Shown here in pieces: positions 28,649 to 40,400 of a stretch of DNA of 64,000 nucleotides (within the stretch, counting starts at the first letter, position 1; each line of letters begins with the position of its first letter). Position numbers and translations under genes: made by a program. Below the pieces are notes generated by a model. The model was not told where the DNA came from. It ran no database searches and saw only the letters and a program-made list of their open reading frames with translations. The stretch lies in the NCBI GenBank assembly GCA_963803995.1, contig CAWDOT010000005.1:179154-243153 (forward strand). Reading direction: 5' to 3'. The DNA comes from an uncultured Acidobacteriota bacterium (GTDB lineage: Bacteria; Acidobacteriota; Thermoanaerobaculia; Multivoradales; JAGPDF01).

Positions 28649-29988
28649 CTAGCCTCGGGCCAGTACCTCGTCGAGGGTGACGATGTCGACCAGGCCGCGG
28701 ACGCCGTAGAGGGCCGGGATCAGGTCGGCCGGGGCGTGGCGGCGGCGCAGCTCGGCGACCTTCTCGGTGCCGGCGCGGTAGCAGGGCAGGTACATCCTCC
28801 CCATCAGCGGGTGGCGCCCCCAGGCGCCCGAGAGCTTCTCGGCGCGCTCGTCGGAGACCAGGAAGTCGCGGGCGAGGACGGCCGCGACCTCCGGCTGCGG
28901 CCACCCCTCCTGCCAGGTCAGCCAGGAGGCCTGGTTCTTGGCGTCGTCCTGGAGCAGGGCGAGCAGCAGCCCGAGCTCGAGGTCGGGGTCGCCGAGCTCG
29001 TCGATCTCGAGTCACGCCGTGCGCCATCAGGATCGCGTTGTTGGCGATCCCCTCGGCGAGCGTCGCGGCGCGCGTGTTCATGGTCGGCACCGAGGCCTCG
29101 AAGCCGACCTCGCCCGGTCCAGTAGAGGTGCTGCAGGTAGGCGAAGGTGGTGACGTGCCCCGGCACCACCTCGTGCGCGACCAGCTGCACGAACTCCGGC
29201 ACCGAGATCTCGAGCGAGGCGTTGAGCTCGTAGGTCGCCTCGTACTCCGGGGCGCCGTCGGCGCGGCGGGCGCGGCCGAGGTAGTTCATCGAGCCGGAGA
29301 ACCAGGCGTTCTCGATCGGCAGGAACGCGACGTTCGCGCGCGGCACGTCGCGCAGCGACGCCGGCAGGTGCGGCAGCAGGTGGCGCGCCGTGTCGGCGTC
29401 GAGCTGGGCGATGAAGGCGTCGGCGAGGGCCTTGACCGACTTGCGGGGCACGATCCGCTCGGCGCGCCAGCGTCCGACCGCGGCGCGCACGTCGCCGCCG
29501 TACCCGGCGGCGTCGAGCAGCGCCGCCACCCGCTCGACGCTTCGTCTCCGGCCGCGAGGGCGAGGGCGCCGCGCCGCAGCGAGGCTTCGACCGCGCGCGC
29601 GATAAGGCACCGGCTCGCCGCGGCCCGTCAGCTCGAGGACCAGCTCCCACATCACCTCGCAGGAGAAGGCGAGGCCCTCGAGGTAGCGGCCGCGCAGCCC
29701 GCCGACCGCGCGGGCGCCTTCGCCCACGGCGGCGATCGCCGCCGGCAGATCGACCGCCTCGAGGTAGGCGTCGATCGCGACCCGGTCCGGGTCCTTCGCC
29801 GAGACGCCGCCCGCGGCGCGCACCGCGGCGGCGGTCGGATCGGTGTACGCCGCGGGCAGCGGCTCGTCCGAGAACCAGGCGTCGGCGATGAAGCGGCCGG
29901 TGCCGGAGGGGTTGGTGACGTCGCCGCCGAACAGCGTGTCGAGGCCGAGGATCGCGTTCGCGACCGCGCGGTCGAGCCGGGTGCTCAT
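28649..29988 (-). CDS. Hypothetical protein with HExxH-like motif (AHEVVPGH), interrupted by at least two frameshifts (about 29003, about 29115)
   Basis: [22 protein letters not shown]... The C-terminal 110 aa ([37 protein letters not shown]...DEVLARG) only read after frame changes. Confidence 0.45.
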
Positions 29989-31989
29989 GCCTTCTCCTTG
30001 CCCTCCTTCATCGCGCCGCACCAGACATAGACGCAGAGCGCGAGGAAGCCGAGCGCCGAGACGATCTGCGAGATCGCCGGATCGTCGTAGAACGGGGTCT
30101 TGATCCACTCCTCGCTGTAGCTCGGGATCAGCCGCATCGCCGCGCCGATCACCCCGCCCAGCGCGCCGCCCGCCATCAGGCCGGAGGCGATCACCACGCC
30201 GCGCTCGCGCATCGAGCGGCCACGCTCGCCGCCCGCCGTCTCGGATCGCTTCGCGATCAGGTGCGCCAGGAAGCCGCCGACCAGCGCCGGGCTGTTGAGC
30301 TCGAGCGGCAGGTACATGCCGAGCGCGAAGATCAGCGCCGGCACGCCCAGCATCTCCATCATCACGGCGATCATCGCGCCCGGCGCCGAACAGGATGTAG
30401 GCCACCGGCTGCTGGCTCATGAAGCCCTCGACCAGCGCCTTCATGATCGAGGCCTGCGGCGCGGCGAGCACCGCCCGCGGGTCGCCGATCGCCGCCTCGC
30501 CGAACTGGAAGGTCTTGGCGAGCAGCACGATGGTGAGCGCGCCGGCGACCGCCGAGGCGGCGATGCCCGAGGAACTTGACCCGCTGCTGCACCGCCGGCG
30601 TCGAGCCGAGCCAGTAGCCGGTCTTGAGGTCGGTGATCGTCTGCCCGGAGACCGACAGCGCCGTGCAGACCATGCCGGCGATCGCCATCACGAAGAACAT
30701 GCCGGTGGTGCCCGACAGGCCGAACTTGAGCAGCACCACCGACGACACGATGATGGTGAGCATCGTCATGCCGGAGACCGGGTTGCGCGCGGTGGTGGCG
30801 ATCGCGTTGGCGGCGACCGAGGTGAAGAAGAACGAGAAGACGACGGTGAGCGCGAGGCCGACGAGGGTCACGGTCAGCGAGCTGCCGAGGCTGCCGAAGA
30901 AGACGCCGGCGCCGAGCGTCGAGAGGACGACGCCGATCAGCATCGTGACGATCGACAGGTCGCGGTCGGTCCGCTCCAGGCCGGCGGCCTCGCCGTGCCG
31001 GAAGGCGTGGGCGGCGATCCTGAACGAGCCGGCGACGATCTTCAGCGACTTGACGATGCCGAAGATGCCGGCGGTGGCGATGGCGCCGACGCCGACGAAG
31101 CGGACGTAGCCGCGGAAGATCTGGGTGGCGTCCATGTCCGGCGATCGGCACGGTCGCCGGGTAGACCGCGTCCGGGAAGTGCCGCCCGATCATCCAGATC
31201 AGCGGCACCAGCACGAAGTTCGAGAGCACGCCGCCGGCGCACAGGATCATCGACGAGCGCAGGCCCATGACGTAGCCGAGGCCGAGGATGAAGGCGATGG
31301 CGTCGAAGCTCACCACCACCCTGGCCTTCTCGGCGAGCGTGCGCACCTGGGGCAGGAACTGGAAGTCGACGAACTCGCGCCAGACCTGGAAGGTGGTGAC
31401 GAAGAAGTCGTAGACGCCGGCGATGCCGGTCGCCTGGAGCAGGAGCTTCGCCTGCGAGCCCCCCTTCTCGCCGGTGACCAGCACCTCGGTGATCGCGGTC
31501 GCCTCCGGGTAGGGGAACTGGCCGTGCATCTCGCGCACGAAGTAGCGGCGCAGCGGGATCAGGAAGAGCAGCCCCAGGCAGCCGCCGGCGAGGCAGATGA
31601 AGGTGGTCTGCAGCGGGTGCGGGTCGAGCTTCAGGATGTAGAGCGCGGGCAGGGTGAAGATCGCGCCCGCGACCATCGGCGCCGGACGTGCCGCCGATGC
31701 CGGTGATGATCACGTTCTCGAGCAGCGACGAGCGCCGCCCGTAGACGCGCGCCAGCCCGATGGCGAGGATCGAGATCGGGATCGCCGCCTCCATCACCTG
31801 GCCGACCTTCAGGCCCGAGTAGGCCGAGGCGATGGTGAAGATCACGCAGAGGAAGAGACCCCAGCCGACCGCGCGCCCCGTCGCCTCGGGCGGCGCCGCG
31901 CCGGCGGGGACGATCGGTGCGTAGGACTCGCCCGCCGCGAGCGGACGATAGGCGTTCTCGGGCAGCGACTTCGAGTCGGGCGCGTCCAT
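29985..31989 (-). CDS. OPT-family oligopeptide transporter, multiple frameshifts
   Basis: Collinear pieces in ORFs 31042..31989, 30441..31676, 30371..31135 and 29985..30374 (SAYSGLKVGQVMEAAIPISILA..., MVAGAIFTLPALYILKLDP..., GMTMLTIIVSSVVLLKFGLSGTTGMFFVMAIAGMV..., MIAVMMEMLGVPALIFALGMYLPLELNSPALVGGF). Confidence 0.7.
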
Positions 31990-32053
31990 CCGGTCTCCCT
32001 GTCTGGATTCGGTGGGTACGGCGCCCGAAGTCTAGCCGAGGAGCCGGGCCACC

Positions 32054-32929
32054 TCAGTAGACCAGCTCGACCCAGCGGCCGCCGGCGGCGAGCTCGGCCT
32101 TGCGGCGGGCCCACTTCTCGGGGGAGCCGGCGAGGCGGGCGAAGAGCTTGTCGAGGCCCTCGATCGACTTCTTGAGGCCGGCCACGTAGACCCAGGTCTT
32201 GGGCTGGCCGAGCATCTCCCAGAGCTCCTCGCCGCGCTCCTCGATCGCCTGGTCCCAGGCGATCGGGTCGGCCCAGCTCGGCCGCGGCGAGAGCGCCTTG
32301 AAGGCCTGGAAGGTCTCGCGGTCGTAGTACTGGGCGAAGTCGTCGCGCTGGTCGTTCATGTAGAGCAGCTCGAGCCCGCTCTTGGCGCCGTAGAGCAGCC
32401 AGATCCTGCCGCTCCAGTCGGAGACGTCGCGGTAGAGGTGCTTCACGAAGGCGCGGAAAGGCGCGATGCCGGTGCCCGAGCCGATCAGGATCAGGTTGGC
32501 GTCGCGCTCCGCGGGCACCTCGAACGGGATGCCGAACGGGCCGGTGACCTGGATCGACTGGCCCGCGCGGAGGTCGCACAGGTAGTTCGAAGCCACGCCC
32601 GGATAGCGCTCGCCGCTGTAGTCGTCGATGTAACTGCACCGGCGCACGGCGATCTTCACGCGCGGGAGTCCGCCGGGGCCGCGCTCCGGCAGGTCCGCCA
32701 CGCTGTAGAGACGGAAGTGGTGCTGCTGGCCGAACTCGGAGGCCCCCGGCGCCAGCACGCCGATCGACTGTCCGATCTCGTAGGTGAAGTCGGCGCGCTC
32801 GATCTCCAGCACGAGCTCGCGAACCTCCTCCTCCGACGTCTCGGGGGTGATCCGCTCGCTCGACACCACCAGGGCGCGGAAGCGCGTCGTGGTGTCGTAC
32901 TCCTCCAGGCGTTGAACCGCCACGCTCAT
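32054..32929 (-). CDS. fpr: Ferredoxin-NADP+ reductase (plant-type FNR/Fpr)
   Basis: RLYSVAD FAD motif, GSGTGIAPFRAF NADP motif, C-terminal ...GRWVELVY. Start ATG 32927..32929 overlaps the stop of the upstream small ORF. Confidence 0.8.
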   Translation of the reverse strand: MSVAVQRLEEYDTTTRFRALVVSSERITPETSEEEVRELVLEIERADFTYEIGQSIGVLAPGASEFGQQHHFRLYSVADLPERGPGGLPRVKIAVRRCSYIDDYSGERYPGVASNYLCDLRAGQSIQVTGPFGIPFEVPAERDANLILIGSGTGIAPFRAFVKHLYRDVSDWSGRIWLLYGAKSGLELLYMNDQRDDFAQYYDRETFQAFKALSPRPSWADPIAWDQAIEERGEELWEMLGQPKTWVYVAGLKKSIEGLDKLFARLAGSPEKWARRKAELAAGGRWVELVY

Positions 32930-33144
32930 CGTGTCTCCTTCCCGACGGCGACGAGGTGATTCCCCGGCTCGTCGTCGCATCGATTGGTGCAATCCCCGTC
33001 CTGACACCCGCCGCAGCCCCGCCGCTCGCCGCGGGCCTCCGGGCTGCCCGGCAGGGGCACTCTGCGCCGCCAGGCGGCGTCGACCGCCACCCAGACGACG
33101 ACCATTCCGATCAACAGCAGCAGAGCGAGCCAGTGCGCGGTCAT
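32926..33144 (-). CDS. Small Cys-rich membrane-anchored protein (72 aa, FeoB-associated Cys-rich-like)
   Basis: MTAHWLALLLLIGMVVVWVAVDAAWRRR + GCGGCQDGDCTNRCDDE. Translationally coupled between rnfA and fpr. Confidence 0.45.
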   Translation of the reverse strand: MTAHWLALLLLIGMVVVWVAVDAAWRRRVPLPGSPEARGERRGCGGCQDGDCTNRCDDEPGNHLVAVGKETR

Positions 33145-33151
33145 CGGCGTC

Positions 33152-33733
33152 TCAGCCTCCCAGTCCCGCGAAGCCCATGAAGGCGACCGACAGGATGCCG
33201 GCGAGCAGCAGCCCGAGGGCGGTGCCCTTGACCGCGTCCGGAACCTGCGCCAGCCCGAGCTTCTCGCGCACCCCGGCCATCAGCACCAGCGCCAGCGTGA
33301 AGCCCGCGCCGCCGCCCAGCGCGAAGACGATGCCCTGCCAGAAGCCGTAACCCCGGTTGGTCTGGAAGAGGGCGAGCGCCAGGATCGCGCAGTTGGTGGT
33401 GATCAGCGGCAGGAAGATGCCGAGCGCGCGGAACAGCGCGGGGCTCGTCTTCTTGATGAACATCTCGACCAGCTGCACCGCGGACGCGATCACCGCGATG
33501 TAGGCGATCAGCCCGAGGTAGGGGGCGTCGATCGCCGCCAGCAGCGCGTTGATGCCGGTGACGAAGACCGAGGTGATCAGCATCACGAAGGTCACCGCGC
33601 CGCCCATCCGGGTCGCCGTGTCGATCTTGCTCGACACGCCGAGGAAGGGGCAGATGCCGAGGAAGTAGGCGAGGACGAAGTTGTTGACCAGGCAGGCGTT
33701 GAGGAAGATCGTCCAGAGCGACTGGTCGCTCAT
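33152..33733 (-). CDS. rnfA: Rnf electron-transport complex subunit A
   Basis: MSDQSLWTIFLNACLVNNFVLAYFLGICPFLGVSSK... (RnfA/NqrE family). Confidence 0.85.
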   Translation of the reverse strand: MSDQSLWTIFLNACLVNNFVLAYFLGICPFLGVSSKIDTATRMGGAVTFVMLITSVFVTGINALLAAIDAPYLGLIAYIAVIASAVQLVEMFIKKTSPALFRALGIFLPLITTNCAILALALFQTNRGYGFWQGIVFALGGGAGFTLALVLMAGVREKLGLAQVPDAVKGTALGLLLAGILSVAFMGFAGLGG

Positions 33734-34380
33734 CGGGCACCTCCCGCGACGGCCGCCGCCAGGCGGGCCTTGCGCTGCTTGCGCCAGTTGAAGAACAGCA
33801 GCCAGCCGGCGAAGGTGAAGAACCCGCCGCTCGGCAGCACCATGATCACCCAGTCCTGGAAGTTCGGGCCGAACAGCTCGATGCCGAGCAGCGAGCCGCT
33901 GCCGAGCACCTCGCGCACGGCGCCGAACAGCAGCAGCGTGATGCAGAACCCGAGCCCCATGCCGAGGCCGTCGAGGACCGAACGTCCGACCGTGTTCCTG
34001 GAGGCGAAGGCCTCCGCCCGACCGAGGATGATGCAGTTGACGACGATCAGGGAGATGAAGGCGCCGAGCGCCTTGTGCAGGTCGAGGCTGATCGCCTGGA
34101 TCGCGTAGTCGACGATCGTGACGAAGGTCGCGATGATGAGAATGTAGCTCGCGATCCGGACCTGAGTCGGGATCACTCTGCGCACCGTCGCGACGACCGC
34201 GTTGGAGGCGACCAGCACGAAGAGCGTCGCCAGGCCCATCGCGATCGCGTTGCGTACGGAGTTCGTGACCGCCAGGACCGGACAGCAGCCCAGCACCTGA
34301 ACCAGCACCGGATTCTCGCGGAGGAGCCCCTTGAGGAACTCGTCGGTCGGGGCAGCCAGTCCGTCGTTCTCGTTCGCCAT
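33730..34380 (-). CDS. rnfE: Rnf complex subunit E
   Basis: LRENPVLVQVLGCCPVLAVTNSVRNAIAMGLATLFVL... (RnfE/NqrD family). Confidence 0.85.
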   Translation of the reverse strand: MANENDGLAAPTDEFLKGLLRENPVLVQVLGCCPVLAVTNSVRNAIAMGLATLFVLVASNAVVATVRRVIPTQVRIASYILIIATFVTIVDYAIQAISLDLHKALGAFISLIVVNCIILGRAEAFASRNTVGRSVLDGLGMGLGFCITLLLFGAVREVLGSGSLLGIELFGPNFQDWVIMVLPSGGFFTFAGWLLFFNWRKQRKARLAAAVAGGAR

Positions 34381-34383
34381 CGC

Positions 34384-35082
34384 CTATTTCCCCTGCTGGA
34401 AGTCGTCGAGATGCTGGCGGATCCGGGGCGCCCAGAAGGCGGTGCTCTCGCGCAGGATCCTGGCCACCGCGGTCGAGGAGACGGTGGCGCCGGTGATCGC
34501 GTCGATCTGCCAGGGCTGGGTCTTGGTGCCGTGCTTGACCACTTCGATCGGATGGACGACGGCGGAGAGGTCGGCGGTCAGCTCGACCGCGAGCTTCTCG
34601 AAGTTGGCGAGAAAGCCGGGATCGACGTCGATCTTGTCGCCGAGTCCCGGGGTCTCGCGCGTCTCGAGGACCCGGAAACCGGTGACCGCGTCCTGCTCCG
34701 GCGCGTAGGCGTAGAGCACCACGATGTTGTCCTGGTAGCCCATGCCCTGCGCCTGGATCGCGAAGCCGGCCAGCTTGCCGCTCTCGTCGTAGCCCGCGTG
34801 GACGACCCTGGCGCCGTTCGCCTTGCCCTCGAGCGGCGTGAAGCGGCCGTCCTCGTCGAGTTTGTAGGTCGCGCTCGACTTCGCCTCCGGCAGGACGTAG
34901 AAGATTGCCTTCTTCAGCGCTTCGGCGCGGTTCCTCTCGATGATCGGCTTGGTCCACTGGAAAGCGAGGACGATCAGCACGCCGCAAACGAGGGCGATGC
35001 CGACCATCGCCTGGTACATCGGCCAGGCCGGGGTGCTGACCGGCGTGTGGGCGACGGGCACGGATCCGTTCGTCGTGCTCAT
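34384..35082 (-). CDS. rnfG: Rnf complex subunit G (FMN-binding)
   Basis: TM anchor, then ...QIDAITGATVSSTAV FMN-attachment motif. Confidence 0.8.
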   Translation of the reverse strand: MSTTNGSVPVAHTPVSTPAWPMYQAMVGIALVCGVLIVLAFQWTKPIIERNRAEALKKAIFYVLPEAKSSATYKLDEDGRFTPLEGKANGARVVHAGYDESGKLAGFAIQAQGMGYQDNIVVLYAYAPEQDAVTGFRVLETRETPGLGDKIDVDPGFLANFEKLAVELTADLSAVVHPIEVVKHGTKTQPWQIDAITGATVSSTAVARILRESTAFWAPRIRQHLDDFQQGK

Positions 35083-36104
35083 CGCCGGGCTCCCTTGCCG
35101 CCCGTGCCGTAGACGCGCGGTCGGATCAGCTTGTCGAGGTGGGGCGCGACGGCGTTGCCGAGCAGAACCGCGTACATCACGCCCTCCGGCATGCCGCCCC
35201 AGACCCGGATCACCACCACCAGCGCGCCGATCAGCGCGCCGTAGAGCATGCACCCGGCGCGCGTGATCGGCGAGGTCACCATATCGGTCGCCATGAAGAT
35301 GGCGCCCAGCGCCAGGCCGCCCGCGAAGAGGTGGAAGGCGGGGCCGGCGTAGCGGGCGGGGTCGAGCAGGTGGAGAGCGCCCGAGACCGCCGCGACGCTG
35401 GCGAAGATCGCGACCGGCGTCCGCCAGCTCATCATGTTGCGCGCCACCAGATAGGCGCCGCCGAGCAGGATCAGCAGCGCGCTGGTCTCGCCGGTCGAGC
35501 CGCCGACGAAGCCGAACGCCAGGTCGGAGGCGTCCGCCATCTGGCGGCCGAATTTCCAGGCCGAGAGCGGCGTCGCCTGCGTGGTCGCGTCGTAGGCCGG
35601 GGTCGCGAACGGAAGCGTCAGCAGCGACCCGGGCAGACCGGCGAAGCGGCCGGCCGCGAAGGGCGGCAGCCAGGTGGTCATCGCCACCGGGAAGGTCGCC
35701 TGCATCACCGCGCGGCCGACCAGCGCCGGGTTGAAGGGGTTCTGGCCCAGGCCGCCGAACAGCAGCTTGCCGACGCCGATCGAGACCAGCCCGCCGACCA
35801 CCACCATCCAGAGCGGCAGGCTGGCCGGGAGGGTGAGTCCGTAGAGCAGGCCGGTGACCGCCGCCGACCAGTCCCCCACGGTCGTCGGCTTGCCGGTCGC
35901 TTTGCAGATCAGGTGCTCGGCAAGGACGCACGACGCGGTGGCGGTGCCGAGCACGGCGAGCGACGCCCAGCCGAAGGCGTAGAAGGCGAAGGCCATCGTC
36001 GGCGCGAGCGCCACGATCACGTTGAACATGATCGAGTCGACCGCGTAGCCGGAGAGCACGTGCGGCGACGTGCGCAGCTCGAGGGTTCCGACCGGCGCCG
36101 CCAT
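35079..36104 (-). CDS. rnfD: Rnf complex subunit D
   Basis: MAAPVGTLELRTSPHV...MFNVIVALAPTMAFAFYAFG... polytopic, NqrB/RnfD family. Confidence 0.85.
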   Translation of the reverse strand: MAAPVGTLELRTSPHVLSGYAVDSIMFNVIVALAPTMAFAFYAFGWASLAVLGTATASCVLAEHLICKATGKPTTVGDWSAAVTGLLYGLTLPASLPLWMVVVGGLVSIGVGKLLFGGLGQNPFNPALVGRAVMQATFPVAMTTWLPPFAAGRFAGLPGSLLTLPFATPAYDATTQATPLSAWKFGRQMADASDLAFGFVGGSTGETSALLILLGGAYLVARNMMSWRTPVAIFASVAAVSGALHLLDPARYAGPAFHLFAGGLALGAIFMATDMVTSPITRAGCMLYGALIGALVVVIRVWGGMPEGVMYAVLLGNAVAPHLDKLIRPRVYGTGGKGARR

Positions 36105-37435
36105 CACGCGGCTCCCTTCTTGCGCACCATCGACTTGGCGACCCGGAACTGCTGGACCAGCGGGATGTGCGCGGGGCAGACGAAGGAGCAGGAGCCGCAC
36201 TCGAAGCAGTCCATCAGGTGCTGCTCCTCGGCCATCTTCTGGTACTCCTCGCTGCGGGCGAGCTGGCCGAGCGTCGAGGGGTCGAGGAACATCGGACAGG
36301 CGTCCAGGCAGTAGCCGCAGCGGATGCAGGGGTAGACCGGCTGCCGGGTGCGGCCGGCGAGGTCGTCGTTGAACGCGACCACGCCCGAGATGCCCTTGGT
36401 GATCGGGATGTCGAGGCTGGAGGCCGCCTGGCCCATCATCGGGCCGCCGAGGAAGACGCGGCCGACGTCGGACTCGACGCCGACGGTCTCGAGCAGGAAG
36501 CGCAGCGGCGTGCCGATCGGGATCCGGTAGTTGCCCTTCTTCTTCACCGCCGGTCCGTTGACCGTGATCACCCGCTCCTGGATGCCGCGCCCGTGCGGGA
36601 GCAGGCGGCCGATCTCGGCCGCCGTCGCGACGTTGACGACCAGCGCGTGGACGTCGACCGGCAGGCCGCCCGACGGCACCTCGCGGCCGAGCAGCGCGCT
36701 GATCAGCATCTTCTCGGCGCCCTGCGGGTACTTGACGCGCAGCATCTCGACGGTGGCCGGCAGGTCGGCCGGGAGCTCGCGCCGCAGGTGCTCGACGGCG
36801 TCCGGCTTGTTCTCCTCGACGCCGATGATCATCCGCGTCGCGCCCGTGACGCGCAGCAGGTAGCGGGCGCCGACGAAGAGGTCGCCGCTCTGCTCGAGCA
36901 TGACGCGGTGGTCGGTGGTCAGGAACGGCTCGCACTCGGCGCCGTTCAGGATCAGCGTGTCGACCGACTTGCCCTCGGGCAGCTTGAGCTTGACGTGGGT
37001 CGGGAACGCCGCGCCGCCCAGCCCGACGATCCCGGCCTCCTGGATGGCGGCGACGATCTCGTCCGGCGTCGCGTCGAGCGGACAGGGCCGCCCCTCCACG
37101 ACCTCCTGGGTCGAGCCCGGAAAGGGCTGCAGGTAGACGGCGGGCACCATGCGGCCGCTGATGCCGGGCGCCAGCGCGATCCGCTTGACCACGCCCGAGG
37201 CCGGCGCGTGCATGGCGACGGACATGAAGCCGTCGGCTTTCGCGATGCGCTGGCCGCGGGCCACCTCCTGGCCCTCCCGGACCACCGCCAGCGAGGGCCT
37301 GCCCGCGTGCTGGACGAGCGGCACGACGAGCAGCGGCGCGAAGGGGAACTGCCGGATCGGCATCCCCTTCGTGTCGTCCTTCGCCTCCGGCGGGTGGACG
37401 CCGTGGCGGAAGGTCTTCAGTCCGAGCAGGCTCAC
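36104..37435 (-). CDS. rnfC: Rnf complex subunit C (NADH-binding, 2x[4Fe-4S])
   Basis: GLGGAAFPTHVKL, CIRCGYCLDACP and CFECGSCSFVCP ferredoxin motifs. Confidence 0.85.
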   Translation of the reverse strand: MSLLGLKTFRHGVHPPEAKDDTKGMPIRQFPFAPLLVVPLVQHAGRPSLAVVREGQEVARGQRIAKADGFMSVAMHAPASGVVKRIALAPGISGRMVPAVYLQPFPGSTQEVVEGRPCPLDATPDEIVAAIQEAGIVGLGGAAFPTHVKLKLPEGKSVDTLILNGAECEPFLTTDHRVMLEQSGDLFVGARYLLRVTGATRMIIGVEENKPDAVEHLRRELPADLPATVEMLRVKYPQGAEKMLISALLGREVPSGGLPVDVHALVVNVATAAEIGRLLPHGRGIQERVITVNGPAVKKKGNYRIPIGTPLRFLLETVGVESDVGRVFLGGPMMGQAASSLDIPITKGISGVVAFNDDLAGRTRQPVYPCIRCGYCLDACPMFLDPSTLGQLARSEEYQKMAEEQHLMDCFECGSCSFVCPAHIPLVQQFRVAKSMVRKKGAA

Positions 37436-37450
37436 CGGGTCCCCTCCGCC

Positions 37451-40400
37451 TCAGTTGTACTTCTCACCGCGCGCGATCCACTTGGCGATGTCCTTCGCGC
37501 CGCGGTCCTTCGGCAGGCCGGGGTGGATCACCCGCGCCGTGCACTTCTCCGCCGCCTTGACGAGGTCCGTGTAGGGGCCGCCGTCCGCGTTCTTGATGTA
37601 CGCCTTCTTGTCGGCGTTGTAGGCGAAGATCTTCGGGTTGAGCCGCGTGCACTCGTCGCACGAGGTGCACTGCTCGGTGTCGAGCCAGGGCGCGACGTAG
37701 CCGTCGCCGCCCGCCGCTCTCGGCGCCGCGGGAGCCGGCGCCGGAGCGCCGGCCGCTGCCGGCGCGGGCGCGGGCGCCGGCGGAGCGAACGAGCCGCCGG
37801 TCAGCCCGACCAGCGCCGCGCCGATGCGGCCCGCCATCTCGCGCCGGACTTCCGCCTCGATCTCCTCGCGCGAGACGACCTGCTTGTCGACTCCGGCCAG
37901 CGCGCGCAGCATGGTCCAGAAGTCGCGCCGGTCCTCGCACGACTCGACCATCGTCGAGTCGACCAGCAGGCGCGAGAGCTGCTGCTTGCGGTCGACCGAC
38001 CAGATGAAGGGGAACCTGCCCTCGCGCTCGTCGGCGCCGGCCGCGAGGAACTCCGCGAGCGGCACCATGTTGTCGTTCCAGGTGTCGGGCGGCGCGACCC
38101 GGTAGTGCTTGCGGAAGCGCGCCTCGGTGATCGCGAAGTCGGCGAAGGTGAGCGGCAGCTCCATCTCCTTCTCGCGGTTGCCCGAGAGGTACTTGAGCGT
38201 GTAGGTCGGCCAGTCCTGGTCGATCGCCGGGTTGCCCTCGAGGTCGAAGCACTCGGCCGGCGTCTTGCCGGCCGCCGGGTCGTAGCGGAAGACCGGATAG
38301 GCGCGCGACTCGACCGCGAGACGGGCCTGCCGGCTGCTCATGTCGTCGCCGATGCCGTGCTCGGGCTGACAGGAGCTGTAGAGGTTGAACAGCGCCGGCC
38401 GGCGGGCCTTGAGGCCGCGGATGAAGCCCTCGATCATGTGGCTGGCGTTGGCGATCGACCCCTGCATCACGTAGGTCGTGCGGTGCGCCATGGCGATCAG
38501 CCCGATCTCCTTGCGCGGCTCCTGCTTGCCCTTCTGCGCCTTGCCGTACTGCGCCATGTCGGAGATCTGGCCGACGAAGCCCGAGGTGCAGGCCTGGCCG
38601 CCGGTGTTCGAGTAGACCTGCGTGTCGACCACCAGGACCTTGATCGGCTTGCCCGACGCCATCGCGCGCGACAGGTTCTGGAAGCCGATGTCGTACATCG
38701 CGCCGTCGCCGCCGACCGCCACCACCGGCGGACAGAGCTCCCACTCCTCGTCGGTGAACTGGCGCCAGTCGAAGTAGGTGAGCGCCGGATCGTGCTTCTC
38801 GGGTTCGTAGCCGCCCGCGAGCTCGAGCTTCGTCTGCCGGATCGCCCGGAAGCCGTCGGCCATCTTCGCCATGTGCCCTTCGAAGATGCCCATCGCCATC
38901 GAGGGCGAGTCCTGGAAGAGGTGGTTGGTCCAGGGGAACGGGTAGGGGTTGAACGGATAGGTCGAGCCCCAGACCGAGGTGCAGCCGGTCGAGTTGACGA
39001 TGCCCATCCGCGCCCGGCCGCGTCCGGTGATCCCCTCCTGGTAGCGCCAGCGCAGGTCGCGCAGCCTGGCGAGCAGTTGCGCCGTGCGGCGCAGCCACTC
39101 CGGATCGATCGGCCGCCCGCCGGCGCGCGTCTCGAGCTGCCCGGCGAGGCTGGCGAGCGTCAGGTCGCGGTCCCTGGCCGCGGCCAGCACCTGGCCGAGC
39201 GCGGCGGGATCGGTGACGTCGAGCTCGGAGACGAGCTTCATCTGGATGTGCTTCTCGAGCTGACCGATCAGGTCGTCGAGCTCGGCGACGTGCCGGGCGA
39301 CGCGCGGCTGCATCAGCGCCTCGACCGTCGCCGTGAACAGGTGCAGGACCGTCTTCTCCGAGCAGCCCAGGCAGGCGCCGTCGCCGCTCGAGAAGGCGAG
39401 GTAGTTGGCCTTGTCGAGCAGGATGGTCTCGAGCGCCCCGATGCCCTGCTCGAGGTCGTCGATCCGTCCGTACTTCGCCGGCGTGTTGGGCAGGTCGAGC
39501 CAGAAGTCCCAGTTCCGGCGCAGCTTCTCGACCGAGGCCCCGGTCTGGCGCAGCGGCCGCAGCGCGTCGTCCTCGCAGACCTCGACGCACTCCATGCAGC
39601 CCTTGCAGGTGTAGGGGTTGACCGTGATCGACAGCAGGCCGCCGGCGCCCGCCTCGCGCTTCTCGGGCACCGACCAGTAGGGGCGCGACAGCGCGAAGCG
39701 GAAGCCGTCGAGCTCCTCGCGCAGGATCGCCATCTCCTCGACCAGCCGCTTCTGCTCGTCGCCCTCGAGCCCGCTCGTCGCGATCGACTTGTCGATCGCC
39801 TCGTCGATCAGTCCGGCGATCGGGCCGGTCTCGTTCACCTCGGCGACCAGCTCGCGGAACGTGCGCGCGACCGCGCGCGTGGCCTTGGGCAGGTGCCGCA
39901 GCTCGTGGCCATGCTTGCGCGCCCGCTTGACCGCGGTGTCGAAGATCGCACCGACGTCGGAAACCAGGCCGGGGATCGCGGTGTCCGGGCAGACGGTGTA
40001 GCACTTGCCGCACGCCGTGCAGTTCTCCGGGATCCAGTCCGGATGGTCGAAGCGGATCGCGGTCATGTCGCGGAAGAGCGCCGACGAGGCCGGCATCACG
40101 CCCAGGCCGACGAACGGGTCGGTGATGTTGTCGTTGCCCATGCCGCGCGAGTAGAAGCTGCCGGTCTGCTCCCAGAAGCGGTGGATGTCGGTCATCCGCG
40201 CCTGGCTCTGCGGCAGGTCGCGGACCATGACCGGGATCATCGGCTCCCCGCCGGCGATCCGCCCGCCGACGGTCGGCTGGGAGATCGGCAGCGGCTGAAC
40301 CTTCTGCAGCTCGCGGAAGCCGCGCTGCACGACCCGCATGTTGTCCTCGACCACGCGCGCGCCCTTGGAGCCGAACTTGTGCTCGAGCTGTTCACGCACG

